64,000 nucleotides of DNA from Bacteroidales bacterium (GTDB lineage: Bacteria > Bacteroidota > Bacteroidia > Bacteroidales > UBA10428): positions 2,198 through 66,197 of the forward strand of contig JAFGVA010000121.1 of the NCBI GenBank assembly GCA_016938235.1. Direction: 5' to 3'. Positions 29,114-39,786 of this stretch are shown here, in pieces. The notes below the pieces were generated by a model. It saw only the letters and a list, made by a program, of their open reading frames with translations. It had not been told where the DNA came from and searched no databases. The position numbers and the translations under genes were made by a program. Each line of letters begins with the position of its first letter. Position 1 is the stretch's first letter.

Positions 29114-31153
29114 ATGAACGATAAACTGATTAGTCGTGCTGCCGATAATGTGCGTATACTAGCGGCTTCAATGGTCGAAAAAGCAAAATCGGGACACCCC
29201 GGTGGAGCAATGGGAGGAGCTGATTTTGTTTCGGTATTGTACAGCGAATTTTTAAACTGGGATCCAACAGATATGGAGTGGAGAAACAGGGATAGATTTT
29301 TCCTTGATCCGGGTCACATGTCACCCATGTTGTACTCCATTTTAACTCTTACAGGTAATTACACCCTGGATGAAATTTCTAATTTCCGTCAGTGGGGAAG
29401 TCCAACACCAGGTCACCCGGAAAAGGATTTTTCACGTGGAGTTGAAAATACATCAGGACCTCTTGGACAGGGTCATACAATGGCTGTTGGCGCTGCAATT
29501 GCTGAACGCTATCTTGTTGCACGATTTGGCGAATGGATGTCTCATAAAATTTACACATTCATTTCTGATGGTGGTGTTCAGGAAGAAATTTCTCAGGGAG
29601 CAGGCCGTATTGCAGGTCACCTGGGTCTTGGAAACCTCATTATGTTCTACGATTCAAACGATATTCAGTTATCGACTACTACTTCAGAAGTTACATCAGA
29701 AGACACTGCAAAAAAATATGAAGCATGGAACTGGCATGTTCAGACTATTGAAGGTAACAATGTTGCTCAGATTCGCGAAGCGCTAAAAAATGCAAATGCC
29801 GTAACAGATCGTCCTTCAATAATAATTGGTAAAACAATTATGGGTAAAGGTGCTGTTGATGCTAATGGCAATAGTTATGAGCGTAAAGTATCGACTCACG
29901 GTATGCCTCTTGGCGAAGCCGGTGCCGATTATAAGAAATCTGTAGCAAATCTTGGCGGTAACCCCGAAAGTCCGTTCGAAATATTTTCTGATGTTAAGGA
30001 TTATTTTGCAAGTGTACTTAAGGAGAAAGCTAAAGCAGCTAAGATTAAGAAAGAAGAAGAAGCAAAATGGGTGTCTGCAAATCCTGAATTAGCCTCTAAA
30101 CTCGAGAAGTTTTATTCTATGGATTATTCTGAACTTGATTTCAGTTCTATTGACATCAAAGATAACGTTGCAACAAGAGCAGCTTCGGCAAATGTATTAG
30201 CATACCTTGCCGATAATGTTGAGAACCTTTTGGTAGCTTCTGCCGACCTTGCAAACAGCGATAAAACGGATGGTTTCCTTAAGAAAACCAAAGCATTAGC
30301 CAAAAATGACTTCAGCGGTTCATTCCTTCAGGCTGGTGTTGCGGAATTAACTATGGCCGTAATTTGTAACGGAATAGCTCTTCATGGTGGTGTTCGTCCT
30401 GCTTGCGGAACATTCTTTGTTTTTTCGGATTATATGAAACCAGCAGCCCGTCTGTCGGCTCTGATGCAGCTTCCGGTAATATTTATCTGGACTCATGATG
30501 CATTCCGTGTTGGCGAAGATGGACCTACTCACCAGCCAATTGAGCAGGAAGCACAAATTCGTCTGCTGGAAGAATTAAAAAACCATGCAGGCAAAAACAG
30601 TACGCTTGTGCTTCGTCCATGCGATGGTGTTGAAACTGCAGTTTCCTGGAAATTAGCACTTGAAAACACAAATACTCCTACGGCACTTATTTTGTCGAGG
30701 CAGAATATTACCAACCTGCCTGTATCAGGAGTAAGCCGTTATGAAGATGCACTACAGGCTGCTAAAGGTGGGTATATTGCTAAAAAATCAGCAGGTGAAC
30801 CAGATGTTGTTTTAGTAGGAAATGGTTCTGAAGTTGCTACACTTATCGAGGGTGCTGCGCTTCTTGAGGAGAAAGCAAACCTTAAAGTGCAGGTTGCAGC
30901 TGTTCCTTCGATAGGTTTATTCTTTAACCAGGATGCAGCATACAGAAACAGTGTTATACCTGAAGGAAAACCTGTTTACGGTTTAACTGCCGGACTGCCT
31001 AGCACACTTTTAAGACTAGTAGGTTCGAAAGGCAAAGTTCATGGAATGTATGAATTTGGTCATTCAGCACCCTATACTGTTCTGGATAAAAAACTTGGAT
31101 ATACTGGTGAGAATGTGTATAACCAGGTAGTTGAGTATGTAAAGAACTATTAA
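29114..31153 (+). CDS. tkt: Transketolase
   Basis: SGHPGGAMG, RDRFFL..GH, TPGHPE, GPLGQG, THD...GEDGPTHQPIEQ. Confidence 0.96.
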   Translation: MNDKLISRAADNVRILAASMVEKAKSGHPGGAMGGADFVSVLYSEFLNWDPTDMEWRNRDRFFLDPGHMSPMLYSILTLTGNYTLDEISNFRQWGSPTPGHPEKDFSRGVENTSGPLGQGHTMAVGAAIAERYLVARFGEWMSHKIYTFISDGGVQEEISQGAGRIAGHLGLGNLIMFYDSNDIQLSTTTSEVTSEDTAKKYEAWNWHVQTIEGNNVAQIREALKNANAVTDRPSIIIGKTIMGKGAVDANGNSYERKVSTHGMPLGEAGADYKKSVANLGGNPESPFEIFSDVKDYFASVLKEKAKAAKIKKEEEAKWVSANPELASKLEKFYSMDYSELDFSSIDIKDNVATRAASANVLAYLADNVENLLVASADLANSDKTDGFLKKTKALAKNDFSGSFLQAGVAELTMAVICNGIALHGGVRPACGTFFVFSDYMKPAARLSALMQLPVIFIWTHDAFRVGEDGPTHQPIEQEAQIRLLEELKNHAGKNSTLVLRPCDGVETAVSWKLALENTNTPTALILSRQNITNLPVSGVSRYEDALQAAKGGYIAKKSAGEPDVVLVGNGSEVATLIEGAALLEEKANLKVQVAAVPSIGLFFNQDAAYRNSVIPEGKPVYGLTAGLPSTLLRLVGSKGKVHGMYEFGHSAPYTVLDKKLGYTGENVYNQVVEYVKNY

Positions 31154-31173
31154 GAAATAGAAATATCTTATAC

Positions 31174-31205
31174 AAAAAGGTAGCCATAACAGGCTGCCTT
31201 TTTTT
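31174..31205 (+). terminator. Intrinsic terminator after tkt
   Basis: AAAAAGGTAGCC-ATAACA-GGCTGCCTTTTTTT. Confidence 0.8.
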
Positions 31206-31336
31206 GTTTTGAGCTGTAATGGACTTGTGTTGTTAATTAATAATAATTGGGCGACAACTTAATAATGTGTTTTTGTTCTAACTTTCCAGAATATTTTAGG
31301 TTTTAACACGTTTTATCATGTAAAACCCATATTTAG

Positions 31337-32725
31337 ATGTACCGAATCTTACTTGTCTTTATACTTTTTTCATCTTTTCTAACTTTTGGTTATTCGCAGA
31401 CAACCATGCCTAAAAAATATGTTGCGCCCGATACAAGAATTCTATTTGTATTTGATGCCTCGCAAAGTATGATGGGTATGTGGGAAAGCGACAGAAAGAT
31501 AAACATTGCCAGGAAAGTACTCATTTCTATGATAGACAGTCTGCAAACGATGGAAAATGTTCAGATGGCACTCAGGGTATATGGCCACCAAAGTCCGGTG
31601 CCTCCTCAGGATTGCAACGACACCAGACTTGAGGTTCCCTTTGCGAAAGGTAATGCTTCCAGAATCAGGCAGGAGCTGAGGTATATTAATCCGAAAGGCA
31701 CTACCCCAATAGCCTATTCATTGCAAATGGCCGGCAAAGATTTTCCCCAGGAATGTATTGATTGCCGAAACATTATAATACTTATTACTGATGGTATTGA
31801 AGCTTGTGACGGTGACCCGTGCGAGGTTTCAAGAGAACTTCAGAAGCTGGGGATTGTTCTGAAACCATTTGTAATAGGTATAGGAATCGACGAGGGGTTT
31901 AAGGATACTTTTGATTGTATAGGGCATTATTATAATGCCTCCAACGAAGAGAAATTTAAAGAAGTTATGGAGGTGGTGATTTCTCAGGCTTTAAATTCTA
32001 CTACTGCACAGGTAAATCTGTTAGATAAAAACGGGCATCCAACCGAAACAAATGTAAATATGACCTTCTTTGATCATTTCTCGGGGAAGGTGATTTATAA
32101 TTATGTGCATACGATGAATTATCGGGGAGTGCCTGACACTTTAGTGCTTGATCATTTAATTACATACGATATCAGGATTAATACAATTCCGCCGGTGTAT
32201 ATCGATAGTGCTGTAGTTTATGTTGGAAAGCACACTGTTCTTGCAGCAGATTGTCCGCAGGGAACATTACTGCTGAAAGTAGATGGTGGAGCACAATACA
32301 GGGGCATGCCTTTTATAGTAAGAAAGCATAAACAGGCAGAGACTTTGCACGTGCAGGAGATAAACAAGGAAGAAAATTACATTGTTGGTAAATACGATAT
32401 TGAGATACCTGTTTTGCCTCGTATTTTACTTGAAAATGTTGAAATAAACCAAAGTACAACAACAACAGTCACAATTCCCCGTCCCGGAATACTTAACCTG
32501 ATTAAACCGGCACCTGGTTATGGTAGCATTTATATCAGAAAAGACAAAAATCAGGAAGATTTTGTATGCAATATTGATAATTCTGTCCGAAATGAAACAA
32601 TTATCCTTCAGCCTGGTATTTACAGGATAGTTTTCAGGGCTATCAATGCAAAACAAACCCTATTTACTGTAAACAAAACTTTAGAAATTAAATCGGGTGG
32701 GGCAGAAGTGTTGCAGTTATACTAA
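31337..32725 (+). CDS. Secreted vWA (von Willebrand A) domain protein
   Basis: Signal peptide, MIDAS motif DASQS, GTTPIA, LITDG.E.C.GDPC. Confidence 0.85.
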   Translation: MYRILLVFILFSSFLTFGYSQTTMPKKYVAPDTRILFVFDASQSMMGMWESDRKINIARKVLISMIDSLQTMENVQMALRVYGHQSPVPPQDCNDTRLEVPFAKGNASRIRQELRYINPKGTTPIAYSLQMAGKDFPQECIDCRNIIILITDGIEACDGDPCEVSRELQKLGIVLKPFVIGIGIDEGFKDTFDCIGHYYNASNEEKFKEVMEVVISQALNSTTAQVNLLDKNGHPTETNVNMTFFDHFSGKVIYNYVHTMNYRGVPDTLVLDHLITYDIRINTIPPVYIDSAVVYVGKHTVLAADCPQGTLLLKVDGGAQYRGMPFIVRKHKQAETLHVQEINKEENYIVGKYDIEIPVLPRILLENVEINQSTTTTVTIPRPGILNLIKPAPGYGSIYIRKDKNQEDFVCNIDNSVRNETIILQPGIYRIVFRAINAKQTLFTVNKTLEIKSGGAEVLQLY

Positions 32726-32761
32726 ACAGCATGTTTAATACTAACAAAGCTGTTTATTTTA
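32723..32761. terminator. Hairpin between convergent genes
   Basis: TAAACAGC / GCTGTTTA stem followed by T residues. Confidence 0.5.
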
Positions 32762-32802
32762 GCACAGAGGTTGCTTTTTTATTATTTAAAACCTGTTTCT
32801 CA

Positions 32803-34617
32803 TCAGAATATTACGTGCTCTGTAAATGTTTGAATAAGGTATACAGCAATACATAAAAGTATAATAATATTCAGACTGGTTGACAGGAAGGGCTGCCTGG
32901 TATCAATTTCTTTTTCTTCGTTAACAAAACTTTTCCACTCTGCCGGAGTACCATCATTTCTGAATATAAAAGCCGAGTAAAAGAAATTACCCAGATACCC
33001 AAGTAAAGCAGTAAAACCAAACGTTAGTACAACGATGATAAACAGACTGCTAAGGTAGTATACTAAGGGCATTTGCTTGTGTTTTTTTCTGGTGTACTCA
33101 AAATTTATCTGGGCTCTCTGAATCTCAGTTTCTTTTGAAGCTTCATATTTTTTTAGCTGGGCTTCCAGTAATTGTTTGGCCTTGTCCAGTTCCTCAAGAC
33201 GGGTTTGGTTTATGACAGACTTCTGTTTTTCCTGTTCAATCTGAGTTTTTAAACCAATAATTTGCTCATTTACCTGGTTTCTTGTCAACAACAAATCCTC
33301 TTCCAATTCCTTTTTGTCTCTATCGTACTTGGTGAATTCATTTTCAACCAGATTTCTGTGTTTTATTTCCTGAACAATAACTTGGGGTAACTGCTTAATA
33401 TAGCGAAGAGTCTCAATTCTTTTCCCAAGTTTTATATCGGTCAGTTGCTCTTTTGAGTTGACCTGCTCATGTCTGATTTTCTCAATTTTCACATCGATTA
33501 CATTATCTCTGATTGTGAAAGTTAAATTCACGGCAAGCATAATAACAATAACGAAGGGTACTAAAGTAATGGCACCGAACAAGCCTGAGGGTAGAAAACC
33601 AAAAATGTATTGAAGAATACGCTTAAATATATATTTCAGAATCTGAATAACGTGCTGAAGCGATGTTTCACTAAATTCATTAAATAACCTGTAGCTGGGA
33701 ACAATCAGGGTGCCAAAGAAAATAAGAAGCACAAGAAAAATTGCCACAATATTTATTAAGTAACTGATATTTAAAGTGAATCCTATCAGGTGAATCCCTC
33801 CTTTTTCAATCCATCCAAGAAGGTTAAGACCAACTTCGGCAAGTATTATTACAACAAATAGTGTTATAAAAAACAGAATAACCCTTACCGTTTCCAGTCC
33901 GTTTCTGAATTGTAGTTTCACATCTAAAAATGGAGCTTTCATAAGTTTTTGTCCGCGGATTGAAGCGATTTCACCAAACACCCAGGAAACAGGAAGAACA
34001 GCCAGCACCCATCCTATATATCTTAGACCTGATATTTCAAAACCGGCATCAAGAAAATAGAAGAACTGCAGTATAATTAAGGCAATAAAAGCACCAGGCA
34101 GTGCTATTCGATATACATTCCACCGGAACGCACGTTTCACATCTTTGTAAGCGTATCTGTAAATCCACCATGGCCATTTAATGCAATAGAAAACAAACAA
34201 TTTATATACCATACGCCAAAAGGGTACCAGCAGTTTAAGAAACCAGATAACAGCAGTGAAGATCCAGTAAATTAGTTGTTTAATAAAGTAAACAATATCT
34301 ACAAGCATATCAAAAAGCTGGTAAATACCCCAGATTTCCCAAACAACCAGATCATGAATAAACGAAAGCAGAACCACGGGTATACGGATTAAATCGAGCA
34401 ACCCGCCTTGAGTGAAATACTTTTCGCTGCGTTGGAAATTAAATAATTCCTTCGGGCTTTGCCCACCAATTCTTGCCGAAATAAGGGAAAAAACCAGGTT
34501 AAAAACAGGAATACTTATGAGGTATGGGATTGTAATCCTAAGATCTAACCAATAAAATACCAGTAAAATAACGGTTAGGGTTATAAGTTTTCGTATAAAT
34601 ATAATGGCCTTTGGCAT
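32803..34617 (-). CDS. Hypothetical polytopic membrane protein with long coiled-coil insertion
   Basis: 604-aa ORF with many hydrophobic helices and an E/K/Q-rich heptad region (aa ~370-515). Confidence 0.7.
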   Translation of the reverse strand: MPKAIIFIRKLITLTVILLVFYWLDLRITIPYLISIPVFNLVFSLISARIGGQSPKELFNFQRSEKYFTQGGLLDLIRIPVVLLSFIHDLVVWEIWGIYQLFDMLVDIVYFIKQLIYWIFTAVIWFLKLLVPFWRMVYKLFVFYCIKWPWWIYRYAYKDVKRAFRWNVYRIALPGAFIALIILQFFYFLDAGFEISGLRYIGWVLAVLPVSWVFGEIASIRGQKLMKAPFLDVKLQFRNGLETVRVILFFITLFVVIILAEVGLNLLGWIEKGGIHLIGFTLNISYLINIVAIFLVLLIFFGTLIVPSYRLFNEFSETSLQHVIQILKYIFKRILQYIFGFLPSGLFGAITLVPFVIVIMLAVNLTFTIRDNVIDVKIEKIRHEQVNSKEQLTDIKLGKRIETLRYIKQLPQVIVQEIKHRNLVENEFTKYDRDKKELEEDLLLTRNQVNEQIIGLKTQIEQEKQKSVINQTRLEELDKAKQLLEAQLKKYEASKETEIQRAQINFEYTRKKHKQMPLVYYLSSLFIIVVLTFGFTALLGYLGNFFYSAFIFRNDGTPAEWKSFVNEEKEIDTRQPFLSTSLNIIILLCIAVYLIQTFTEHVIF

Positions 34618-34726
34618 TGGAATATAGTGTTTTATATATACACAATATTACAAAATATTCATAAATATCCTAGTAATATTTGATATATGGCTTATAGGTG
34701 CTGGTTTGCAGAACTTTGCAGATGGA

Positions 34727-35416
34727 TTAATCCAGCTTCAATTCATTCAGAATATTAACCATGGTATTAGATAAGCTGTCAATGGCTGCGGGTATGTTCC
34801 AGTTTTCGATTCGGCGAATTTCAACAAAGTTGCTTATCGACCTGATTTGCAGAAAAGGGATTTTCTCTCTTAAACACACATAAAAAAACGCCGCTCCTGT
34901 CATGGTTTCAATTTCAGGGTCAAATTTTTCGCGGAGCATGTTAATCCATTTTGGATCGCTGTGGAGTGTATTCAGCGTTATTCCCTTTACGGGAATAAGC
35001 GATTCGATCTCATCAAGCTCAAAATTTCCCAGGCTATGCATTTTCCCCTCTACAAACGGGAATTGATTTTCATTCATGAGCTCTTCTTCAGCAAGGGTAT
35101 AAAATTTATCCTTCTGAATAACACCGATATCGGCAAACTGGTCCTGAATAACATTTACAACAAATCCCTGTTCAAGAAAGTGATCAAAACTGCCTGCAAG
35201 GCCAATGTTTATTGCCAGGTCGTAATTTATCATGTTTAATGCCCGGGTGAGGTGGTAGGCTGTAAAAATACCTCCATGACCAGTCAATAATACATCAATA
35301 TGAAGATTATAAAAATTATAACTCTGGTAAAAGGTATCGATCTGATGAACAAAGCTTAATTCATTAACCAGTCTCGAAACTTCTCTTTGTGTTGCAGCAA
35401 CTATTAGAATCCTCAA
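34727..35416 (-). CDS. mqnB: Futalosine hydrolase-like nucleosidase (MqnB)
   Basis: ILIVAAT..E, INIGLAGSF, GAAFFYVC, QIRSISN.VE.R...W.I..AI pattern of MqnB; the ME motif reads ETMTG. Confidence 0.75.
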   Translation of the reverse strand: MRILIVAATQREVSRLVNELSFVHQIDTFYQSYNFYNLHIDVLLTGHGGIFTAYHLTRALNMINYDLAINIGLAGSFDHFLEQGFVVNVIQDQFADIGVIQKDKFYTLAEEELMNENQFPFVEGKMHSLGNFELDEIESLIPVKGITLNTLHSDPKWINMLREKFDPEIETMTGAAFFYVCLREKIPFLQIRSISNFVEIRRIENWNIPAAIDSLSNTMVNILNELKLD

Positions 35417-35530
35417 TTTTTCGCGATTTGTAGTTTATTCTTTATTGATAGTGTTAACTTTGGCTATAGCTAATTAAATTTAAAGAATTTCTTTTACAAT
35501 AGCTCAGAATTATTCACGAAATAAGTAACA

Positions 35531-36160
35531 ATGGATAAGTCGGTACTTAAAGAACTTGAAAACGAAGGTTATTCTTTACCGGAATCGTTTGATAATGAAA
35601 AGACTAATAAAATTGCTCATCATTATAAGGAAATTCTCAAATTACTCGAAGAGGATGTCAACAGAGAGGGGTTGAAACAGACACCTGTAAGATTTGCAAA
35701 GAGCATTCAGTTTCTGACTCACGGAATGCACGAAGATCCTGTAAAAATTCTGGAGAGTTCAAAGTTTAAAGAAGACTACAACCATATGTTGCTGGTTAAA
35801 GATATAGAAATATACTCCATGTGCGAACACCATATGTTACCCTTTTTTGGTAAAGCTCATGTGGCATACATTCCAAACGGGCATATTACAGGACTTAGTA
35901 AAATTGCACGAATTGTTGATGTATTTGCACGCCGGCTGCAGGTTCAGGAGCGTTTAACTGTTCAAATAAGGGATTGTATTCATGAAGCAATACAACCACT
36001 CGGTGTGGCGGTTGTTATTGAAGCGCGGCACTTATGTATGACCATGAGAGGAATACAAAAACAAAATTCGACCATAACAACTTCTGCTTTTAAGGGAGCA
36101 TTTATGAAAAACCCTAAAACACGTGAAGAATTTATGGACCTTATTGGTAAAAAAAGCTAG
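35531..36160 (+). CDS. folE: GTP cyclohydrolase I
   Basis: [39 protein letters not shown]. Confidence 0.97.
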   Translation: MDKSVLKELENEGYSLPESFDNEKTNKIAHHYKEILKLLEEDVNREGLKQTPVRFAKSIQFLTHGMHEDPVKILESSKFKEDYNHMLLVKDIEIYSMCEHHMLPFFGKAHVAYIPNGHITGLSKIARIVDVFARRLQVQERLTVQIRDCIHEAIQPLGVAVVIEARHLCMTMRGIQKQNSTITTSAFKGAFMKNPKTREEFMDLIGKKS

Positions 36161-36272
36161 TTTTTTTGATGACTCGCCTGGAGAAATTGTTTTATGAAGT
36201 ATAATTTTTTTTCATTAACTTCAATATGGCAATCTCAAATTCTGATGTTTAAATTTTAAGCTGGCATTATCT

Positions 36273-36662
36273 ATGAAATCTCTTATTATTAAAGGAGATG
36301 ATGTTTCTCCTGATGTGAATTTTAATCCCGAAACAGGTATTTTAGAGATGAAGGGTGTAGCTATTCCCGAGGATGTCAGAGATATGTTTGAACCCATAAT
36401 AAAATGGCTTAAGGAATACATTGGTAACCCAAAAACTGCTACCGAACTTATTTTGTATTTTGATTATTTAAACACAGCAGCATCAAAAATGATTTATCAA
36501 ATCTGCGACATGATTAGTGATCTGCATGGTAATGAAGAGTATAATTCAAAAATCACCTGGAAATATAATCGGGGAGATTCTGAGATGCTTGAACTTGGAG
36601 AAGATCTTATGGAGTCTTTTGTGTGTCTGAAAAACATTTTAGCTGTTGAAACCGCCTTTTAG
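36273..36662 (+). CDS. DUF1987 / SiaC-family protein
   Basis: SPDVNF..G.L.M.G..IPED...F.PI..WL, YLNTAASK with the conserved Thr, W.Y...D.EM.E.GED. Confidence 0.82.
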   Translation: MKSLIIKGDDVSPDVNFNPETGILEMKGVAIPEDVRDMFEPIIKWLKEYIGNPKTATELILYFDYLNTAASKMIYQICDMISDLHGNEEYNSKITWKYNRGDSEMLELGEDLMESFVCLKNILAVETAF

Positions 36663-36758
36663 GGATCAAGAAATCTTTCAAACATTAAATTAAAAAGGCG
36701 TAAATATTAAATTAATCTAAAATTTCTATCTTTACCCGGTATATTTAAAACACTTTTT

Positions 36759-37808
36759 GTGGTTAAGAGTGATTCTGGTGCTTATAAGAGTACAGGTATA
36801 AAAGAAGAATGGCTTCTTTTGCTTAACCCTCATGCCGGTTGCAGCAAGGGGCTCGAAGACAAGGAGTTAATTCTGTCCAAACTTCGGGAGAAAAAAATCA
36901 AATTCAAATTAGTTACTTCTGATTATCCGCGTCATTCATTTACACTGGTAAAACAATATATTGAAGAGGGCTTCCGAAAAATTATTGTTGCAGGTGGAGA
37001 TGGAACACTGAATGAGGTAGTAAATGGTATTTTCTTACAGGAAGCAACTGATCCGGAGAACATTAAACTGGGAATGATTCCAATCGGAACCGGAAATGAC
37101 TGGATAAAGACTTTTGGCATTCCTCTGGGTTATGATGAGTCTATTCAGACTATTATAGAAAACAAGGTTGTAAAACAGGATATAGGGAAAATAACCTATT
37201 CCGATAACAACGAAGAAAATACCCGATTCTTTGCAAATATTGCCGGTTTTGGATTTGATGCTATGGTTGCTGAGCGTGCAAATGCGCTAAAGGCAAAAGG
37301 TAAAAAGGGCTTAATTGTATATTTACAAAGTTTACTGGGAAGTTTCTTTAGTTATAAAATATGCAGGGCAAAAATTCAAATCGATAAGCAGGAAATTGAA
37401 GATTATATTTTTACAAGCAGTATTGGTATTGGGAAGTTTAACGGGGGAGGAATGATGCAGACACCCTATGCAATTCCTAATAACGGAAGATTTCAAATAA
37501 CTGTTATTAAGAAAATAGGCCTGTTTGGAATAATTAGAAACCTGGCTCGATTATACAAAGGTACTTTTGTGAAAGACCACCGCGTTTCAACATATACCTG
37601 CAAAGAAGTGTACATTTCCGGAGTGCATACTATTCCCGGAGAAGTGGATGGAGAAAGTCTGGGCAATCATTCGTTCCACATTGTAATGATTCCGGAAAAA
37701 CTTCAGGTAATTTATGGCGACGATAAATACCTGTTTAAAGACAATCTCGAAACAGTTCAAGATGAACCAAGCCTCAAAGAGTCGGTGTTAACTGTGGTTT
37801 CGGAATAA
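36759..37808 (+). CDS. Diacylglycerol/lipid kinase family protein (YegS/DAGK-like)
   Basis: NPHAG, AGGDGTLNEV, PIGTGND, GFDA, GGGM, DGE. Confidence 0.9.
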   Translation: MVKSDSGAYKSTGIKEEWLLLLNPHAGCSKGLEDKELILSKLREKKIKFKLVTSDYPRHSFTLVKQYIEEGFRKIIVAGGDGTLNEVVNGIFLQEATDPENIKLGMIPIGTGNDWIKTFGIPLGYDESIQTIIENKVVKQDIGKITYSDNNEENTRFFANIAGFGFDAMVAERANALKAKGKKGLIVYLQSLLGSFFSYKICRAKIQIDKQEIEDYIFTSSIGIGKFNGGGMMQTPYAIPNNGRFQITVIKKIGLFGIIRNLARLYKGTFVKDHRVSTYTCKEVYISGVHTIPGEVDGESLGNHSFHIVMIPEKLQVIYGDDKYLFKDNLETVQDEPSLKESVLTVVSE

Positions 37809-37820
37809 CTTTTCTGTCTG

Positions 37821-38909
37821 CTATTCAGGAACAGGAATATCCTTTGCTTTTAAAAAGCGCAATGCCTTTACTATGTATCTTGGTAAAGGTTTCTTAGGAT
37901 CACGCTTTTGAAGGTTGAGGCTTATTCCTAATTTTTTCATTATAGGAACTTTATGAGTCTCAACAAACTCAATTAAGGCACCATCCGGATCTTCGATGTA
38001 AGCAAATAATCCGGCAGCATCGCCCATGTCAAAGCTGCTATCTTTGAATATTTCTCCCGTATCAACGGTAAAAGGGCATCCGTAGTTTTTGCCTTTTTCA
38101 CGCAAATTATCCATGCCATGAATATCATAACAAAGGTGAATAAAACCCAGCTCGCCCCAGAAGCGGCCTTCAAAAATTTTCCTGGGGGCCCTGTTTTTAA
38201 CCTGAACCAGTTCTACTTCGCTGTTGCCAAACAACTCACCAAAGGCACCTTCTCTTGGTTTTGAATGTCTTAATAAAACTCTTCGGAATTCTCCATCGCC
38301 TCCCGGCAGTACTTTGAAATCTTCGAAAACCCCGGTTTTATCATAAACAACTTTGTCGTAACCTAGAATCTGACCATAGAAGTCAGTTGATTTTTCAATA
38401 TCGGTACAGCCAAGTATTATACCGTAGCCACCCCCCGTAAGTTTATTTTCTTCATGAAACCAGTCGGTTGCCGGAATCAGTTGAAAAATATTTCCATAAG
38501 GATCCTTAATAAAGAAATGTTTGGTTCCTTCAAATTCAAATATCGGTCCTAAAAGATTCTGATTTGCATCTTTAAACCATGCATAAGTTTTTTCAGGGTC
38601 TTTACACTTAATCTTTGCAGCAAATAATCCCAGATCGCCAAGCTGAATTTCAAATGAAGCAGCGCGCGGTTCAAAATCGGTATGGTTCCATATTTCAAAA
38701 CCACCGCCTCCTTGCAGAGTAACGGCTAATGCTGCATGACGGTTCTTGGGTTTACCTCCTGTATAGGGAAGCATGAATTCTGCCGGTGCCGATTCTTCAA
38801 GAATTCTTACATCAATTCCAAAGTATTTTTTATACCAGCCCCAGGCTTCTTTTACATTTTTAACGCCAATACCAATTTGTTGTATTCCGCTTATTATTAC
38901 CTTGTTCAT
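37821..38909 (-). CDS. Tandem VOC/glyoxalase-superfamily protein
   Basis: IQQIGIGV, FEIW, DPYGNIFQL, VELVQ, IHLCYD, YIEDPDGALIEFVE. Confidence 0.85.
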   Translation of the reverse strand: MNKVIISGIQQIGIGVKNVKEAWGWYKKYFGIDVRILEESAPAEFMLPYTGGKPKNRHAALAVTLQGGGGFEIWNHTDFEPRAASFEIQLGDLGLFAAKIKCKDPEKTYAWFKDANQNLLGPIFEFEGTKHFFIKDPYGNIFQLIPATDWFHEENKLTGGGYGIILGCTDIEKSTDFYGQILGYDKVVYDKTGVFEDFKVLPGGDGEFRRVLLRHSKPREGAFGELFGNSEVELVQVKNRAPRKIFEGRFWGELGFIHLCYDIHGMDNLREKGKNYGCPFTVDTGEIFKDSSFDMGDAAGLFAYIEDPDGALIEFVETHKVPIMKKLGISLNLQKRDPKKPLPRYIVKALRFLKAKDIPVPE

Positions 38910-38923
38910 CTGTTTATTTAAAT

Positions 38924-39718
38924 TTATAAGGGACTAATTTTTTTTGCAAGTTTGTAGTACAGGGCGGGGAGAAATCTTCTGATTTGAACCATGATAAGTT
39001 CGCTCCCTCCAACTAATACTTCTTTCTTTTCTCGTCTTAAGCCACGACAAATCTGGATGGCTGCCTTCTCCGGAGAAATACCATTTGCCTGCCCTGCATC
39101 CAGTTTCCCGTGCTCATTTCCGTCTTTATCGATAGCAAATTTCGAGATATTTGTTCTGATACGCCCGCCAATCAATACCGATACCTTAATGTTATTTTTT
39201 GAATTCTCGGCTAACAAAGTTTCAAAAAAACCATGAAGTGCATGTTTCGAAGCTGAATAGGCTGAGCGATAGGGAAAACCAAATTTTCCTACGATGCTGG
39301 AAGCAACAGCTAATTGTCCTCCACCGTTTTCTATCATCGACGGTAAAATAGCTTTTGTTAAAGCTACTACACCAAAAAAGTTTACCTCCATAATCAGGCG
39401 ATCGTTTTCAAGCGGGTTTTCTGTTACCAGCGAACGTTGACTAATACCAGCAAACTGATACAAGCCAAATATCTTTTCACCATCGGACAGCACTTTCTCT
39501 GCGGTTTGCATAATTGCTGCGCTATCAGACATATCCAAAGGTTCAATACGTACCTGGCTGCCTGAACTTTCAATAATTTTAGCAGTTTCGGTTAATCCGG
39601 CAGCATCGCGATCGGAAATTATTAACCGGCATTTCGATTTTGCTATCTCAATGGAAACAGCCTTTCCCATGCCCGATGAGGCTCCGGTTATCCAGAAAAC
39701 TTTGTTATTGAAATTCAT
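38924..39718 (-). CDS. Short-chain dehydrogenase/reductase, DHRS7/DHRS7B-like
   Basis: WITGASSGMG, AGISQRS, EVNFFG, SS..GK.G.P.RSAYSASKHAL. Confidence 0.9.
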   Translation of the reverse strand: MNFNNKVFWITGASSGMGKAVSIEIAKSKCRLIISDRDAAGLTETAKIIESSGSQVRIEPLDMSDSAAIMQTAEKVLSDGEKIFGLYQFAGISQRSLVTENPLENDRLIMEVNFFGVVALTKAILPSMIENGGGQLAVASSIVGKFGFPYRSAYSASKHALHGFFETLLAENSKNNIKVSVLIGGRIRTNISKFAIDKDGNEHGKLDAGQANGISPEKAAIQICRGLRREKKEVLVGGSELIMVQIRRFLPALYYKLAKKISPL

Positions 39719-39786
39719 TTTTGCTTTTTGAAAAATTCGAAATTACAAAAACTTTTTAAGACAATTACCTGATGCTTGTTTAAGGT

